A stretch of 34,181 nucleotides of DNA, taken from IMG/VR virus record IMGVR_UViG_3300024275_000020, positions 1-34,181 of that record, one strand, 5' to 3'. This stretch comes from a virus (lineage: Duplodnaviria; Caudoviricetes). The notes under the pieces are model-generated. The model ran no database searches. It had not been told where the DNA came from and saw nothing but the letters and a program-made list of their open reading frames with translations. The position numbers and the translations under genes are program-made. Below are positions 32,889 to 34,181 of this stretch, in pieces. How positions within the stretch are numbered: the stretch's first letter is position 1; every line of letters starts with the position of its first letter.

Positions 32889-33371
32889 ATGAGCAAGCAC
32901 GTCGCCGCCCTCGTCGCCCTCTCCTTCGCCGCAGTCGGCTGCGCGTCCTCTCCCGTCGCCGCGCCGGCGGACCGTCTCGTCTTCGCCATCGACGCTGGCT
33001 TCACCGCCGAGGAGCAAACCGAGATCCTCGAGGCGGCGGCTGACTGGAACGCGGTGTCGGAGCATCCCATCGCGCTCGACACGCACGCCGCGTGGCACGT
33101 CTCGCCGGCGACGAGCAAGGCTTGGACGGGGATCCACGAGCCGTCGAAGGAGCGTATCGAGCTCGTGTCGATCGCGAAGCTCAACGACGCGTGCTTCAAC
33201 GGCGATGGCAAGGGCGCGTTTCGCACCGTCGTCCGTCACGAATTCGGACACGCGCTTGGCCTCCAGCACATCGCTGGCGAGGGGACGATGGCGCCCGGCC
33301 ACGAGTGTGCGCAGCACGAGCTTTCGGCGGACGACATGGTCGAATGCCGCCGCGTCGGCGCGTGCCAGTGA
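32889..33371 (+). CDS. matrixin-like (metzincin) metalloprotease lipoprotein
   Basis: Lipobox AVG-C; HEFGHALGLQH zinc motif; Met-turn TMAP; alternative start 32883. Confidence 0.9.
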   Translation: MSKHVAALVALSFAAVGCASSPVAAPADRLVFAIDAGFTAEEQTEILEAAADWNAVSEHPIALDTHAAWHVSPATSKAWTGIHEPSKERIELVSIAKLNDACFNGDGKGAFRTVVRHEFGHALGLQHIAGEGTMAPGHECAQHELSADDMVECRRVGACQ

Positions 33372-33565
33372 CGCGATCCGACCGCTTGGCGCGTCCCGAC
33401 ATGCTCGCGCGCGACGAGCGGCGCGCTGCGGTACACGGGCCGGGGGTAGTGCACCTCCACCGACCAGTCGAACCCGATCTCGCTGCAGTGGTCCTCGAAG
33501 ACGAGCGCGGCGTCCGCGGCGTGGACGGCTTGCAGGGCAAGCTGCACCGTCAGCTCCGAGGTCAC
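33236..33565 (-). CDS. hypothetical protein; 3' end overlaps the protease gene antisense
   Basis: GGAGG RBS and GTGA overlap with the upstream gene. Confidence 0.45.
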   Translation of the reverse strand: MTSELTVQLALQAVHAADAALVFEDHCSEIGFDWSVEVHYPRPVYRSAPLVAREHVGTRQAVGSRHWHAPTRRHSTMSSAESSCCAHSWPGAIVPSPAMCWRPSACPNS

Positions 33566-34092
33566 AACGCCTCCGTGTCGAGCTTGCGGAGCTCTCGCGC
33601 AACGGCTTCCGCGGCCTCAGGGTGCCCCGTGAGGCCTGCCTTGAGCGCGAGTTTGATCTGCTTCCAGATCGGGAGCCTGAAAATCACGATCCGGACGTCC
33701 GTGATCTTCTGCAGCTCCCGCAAGGTGAATGCGATCTTCGGCAGCATCCGCGCCTTTTCGAACGGCGTCGACGTGGGGTCGTCGCGCACCTGCTCCATCA
33801 GCCTCGCCGCCATGTCCTCGAGCATCATCGCCTTGTCGTAGGCGCCGCGGGGGATCTCCGACTTCGGGGCCTCGGACTTGGGCACCGCCTTGAGCGCCCC
33901 CTTTGCCGGCTCGACCCACTCCTCGGCCGGGATCCCAAGGACGCGCGCGATCGCCTCCCGCCGCTCTGACGCCGGGGTCGCCTGCCCGTTCATCCACTTC
34001 CCGAGCGTGATCCGGGATACGCCGAGCTCTTTCGCGAGCTGGATCTGCGTCTTCGACGATCTGGCCAACATCAGGGCCCCTCGACTTCGCAT
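33562..34092 (-). CDS. XRE-type HTH protein, probable terminase small subunit
   Basis: TQIQLAKELGVSRITLGKWMNG HTH; helical C-terminus PIWKQIK..L..HPEAAEAVAREL; GAGGT RBS; upstream of TerL. Confidence 0.7.
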   Translation of the reverse strand: MRSRGALMLARSSKTQIQLAKELGVSRITLGKWMNGQATPASERREAIARVLGIPAEEWVEPAKGALKAVPKSEAPKSEIPRGAYDKAMMLEDMAARLMEQVRDDPTSTPFEKARMLPKIAFTLRELQKITDVRIVIFRLPIWKQIKLALKAGLTGHPEAAEAVARELRKLDTEAL

Positions 34093-34181
34093 GCTCACAC
34101 CTCAACGGTTACTTCAACTATTGGTATCCAGCTACGCGGTAACATTCGCTTTTTCGGTCAGGCTTTCGCGAAAAACTCGGC

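Overview
High-GC (roughly 65-70% by eye) segment of a tailed phage or prophage with a contractile tail. A ~28.7 kb leftward block (5365-34092, minus strand, mostly ATGA/TGATG-coupled genes) holds the whole morphogenesis and lysis set. Head genes: HTH/TerS-like, TerL, Mu gp29-like portal, S49 protease with an embedded scaffold, decoration protein, Mu gpT-like capsid, gp36/gpG-like completion genes. Tail genes: sheath, tube, tail chaperone with a -1 frameshift, tape measure, a tube-duplicate/initiator fusion, a hub-spike fusion, baseplate wedge and fibre genes. These are followed by membrane lysis candidates, a second three-gene fibre cassette, a GH25 endolysin and a papain-like protease. A matrixin-type lipoprotein moron sits antisense between the TerS-like gene and TerL. 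The first 5.3 kb is a rightward run of small accessory genes: two GDG/GYG-repeat paralogues, a doubly frameshifted gene, an HNH endonuclease, recurrent junction motifs and a 3' tRNA-Thr(TGT) remnant inside an ORF. The best candidates for undescribed biology are (i) the 7423-10069 cassette with an exact 20-aa-period ruler-like protein, (ii) the recently duplicated tail-tube domain fused to the tube initiator, (iii) the GDG-repeat module and (iv) relic structured RNA read through as protein. No integrase, transposase, CRISPR array or reverse transcriptase is visible. All family names come from motif recognition and synteny, not from database searches; a myxobacterial host is only an inference.
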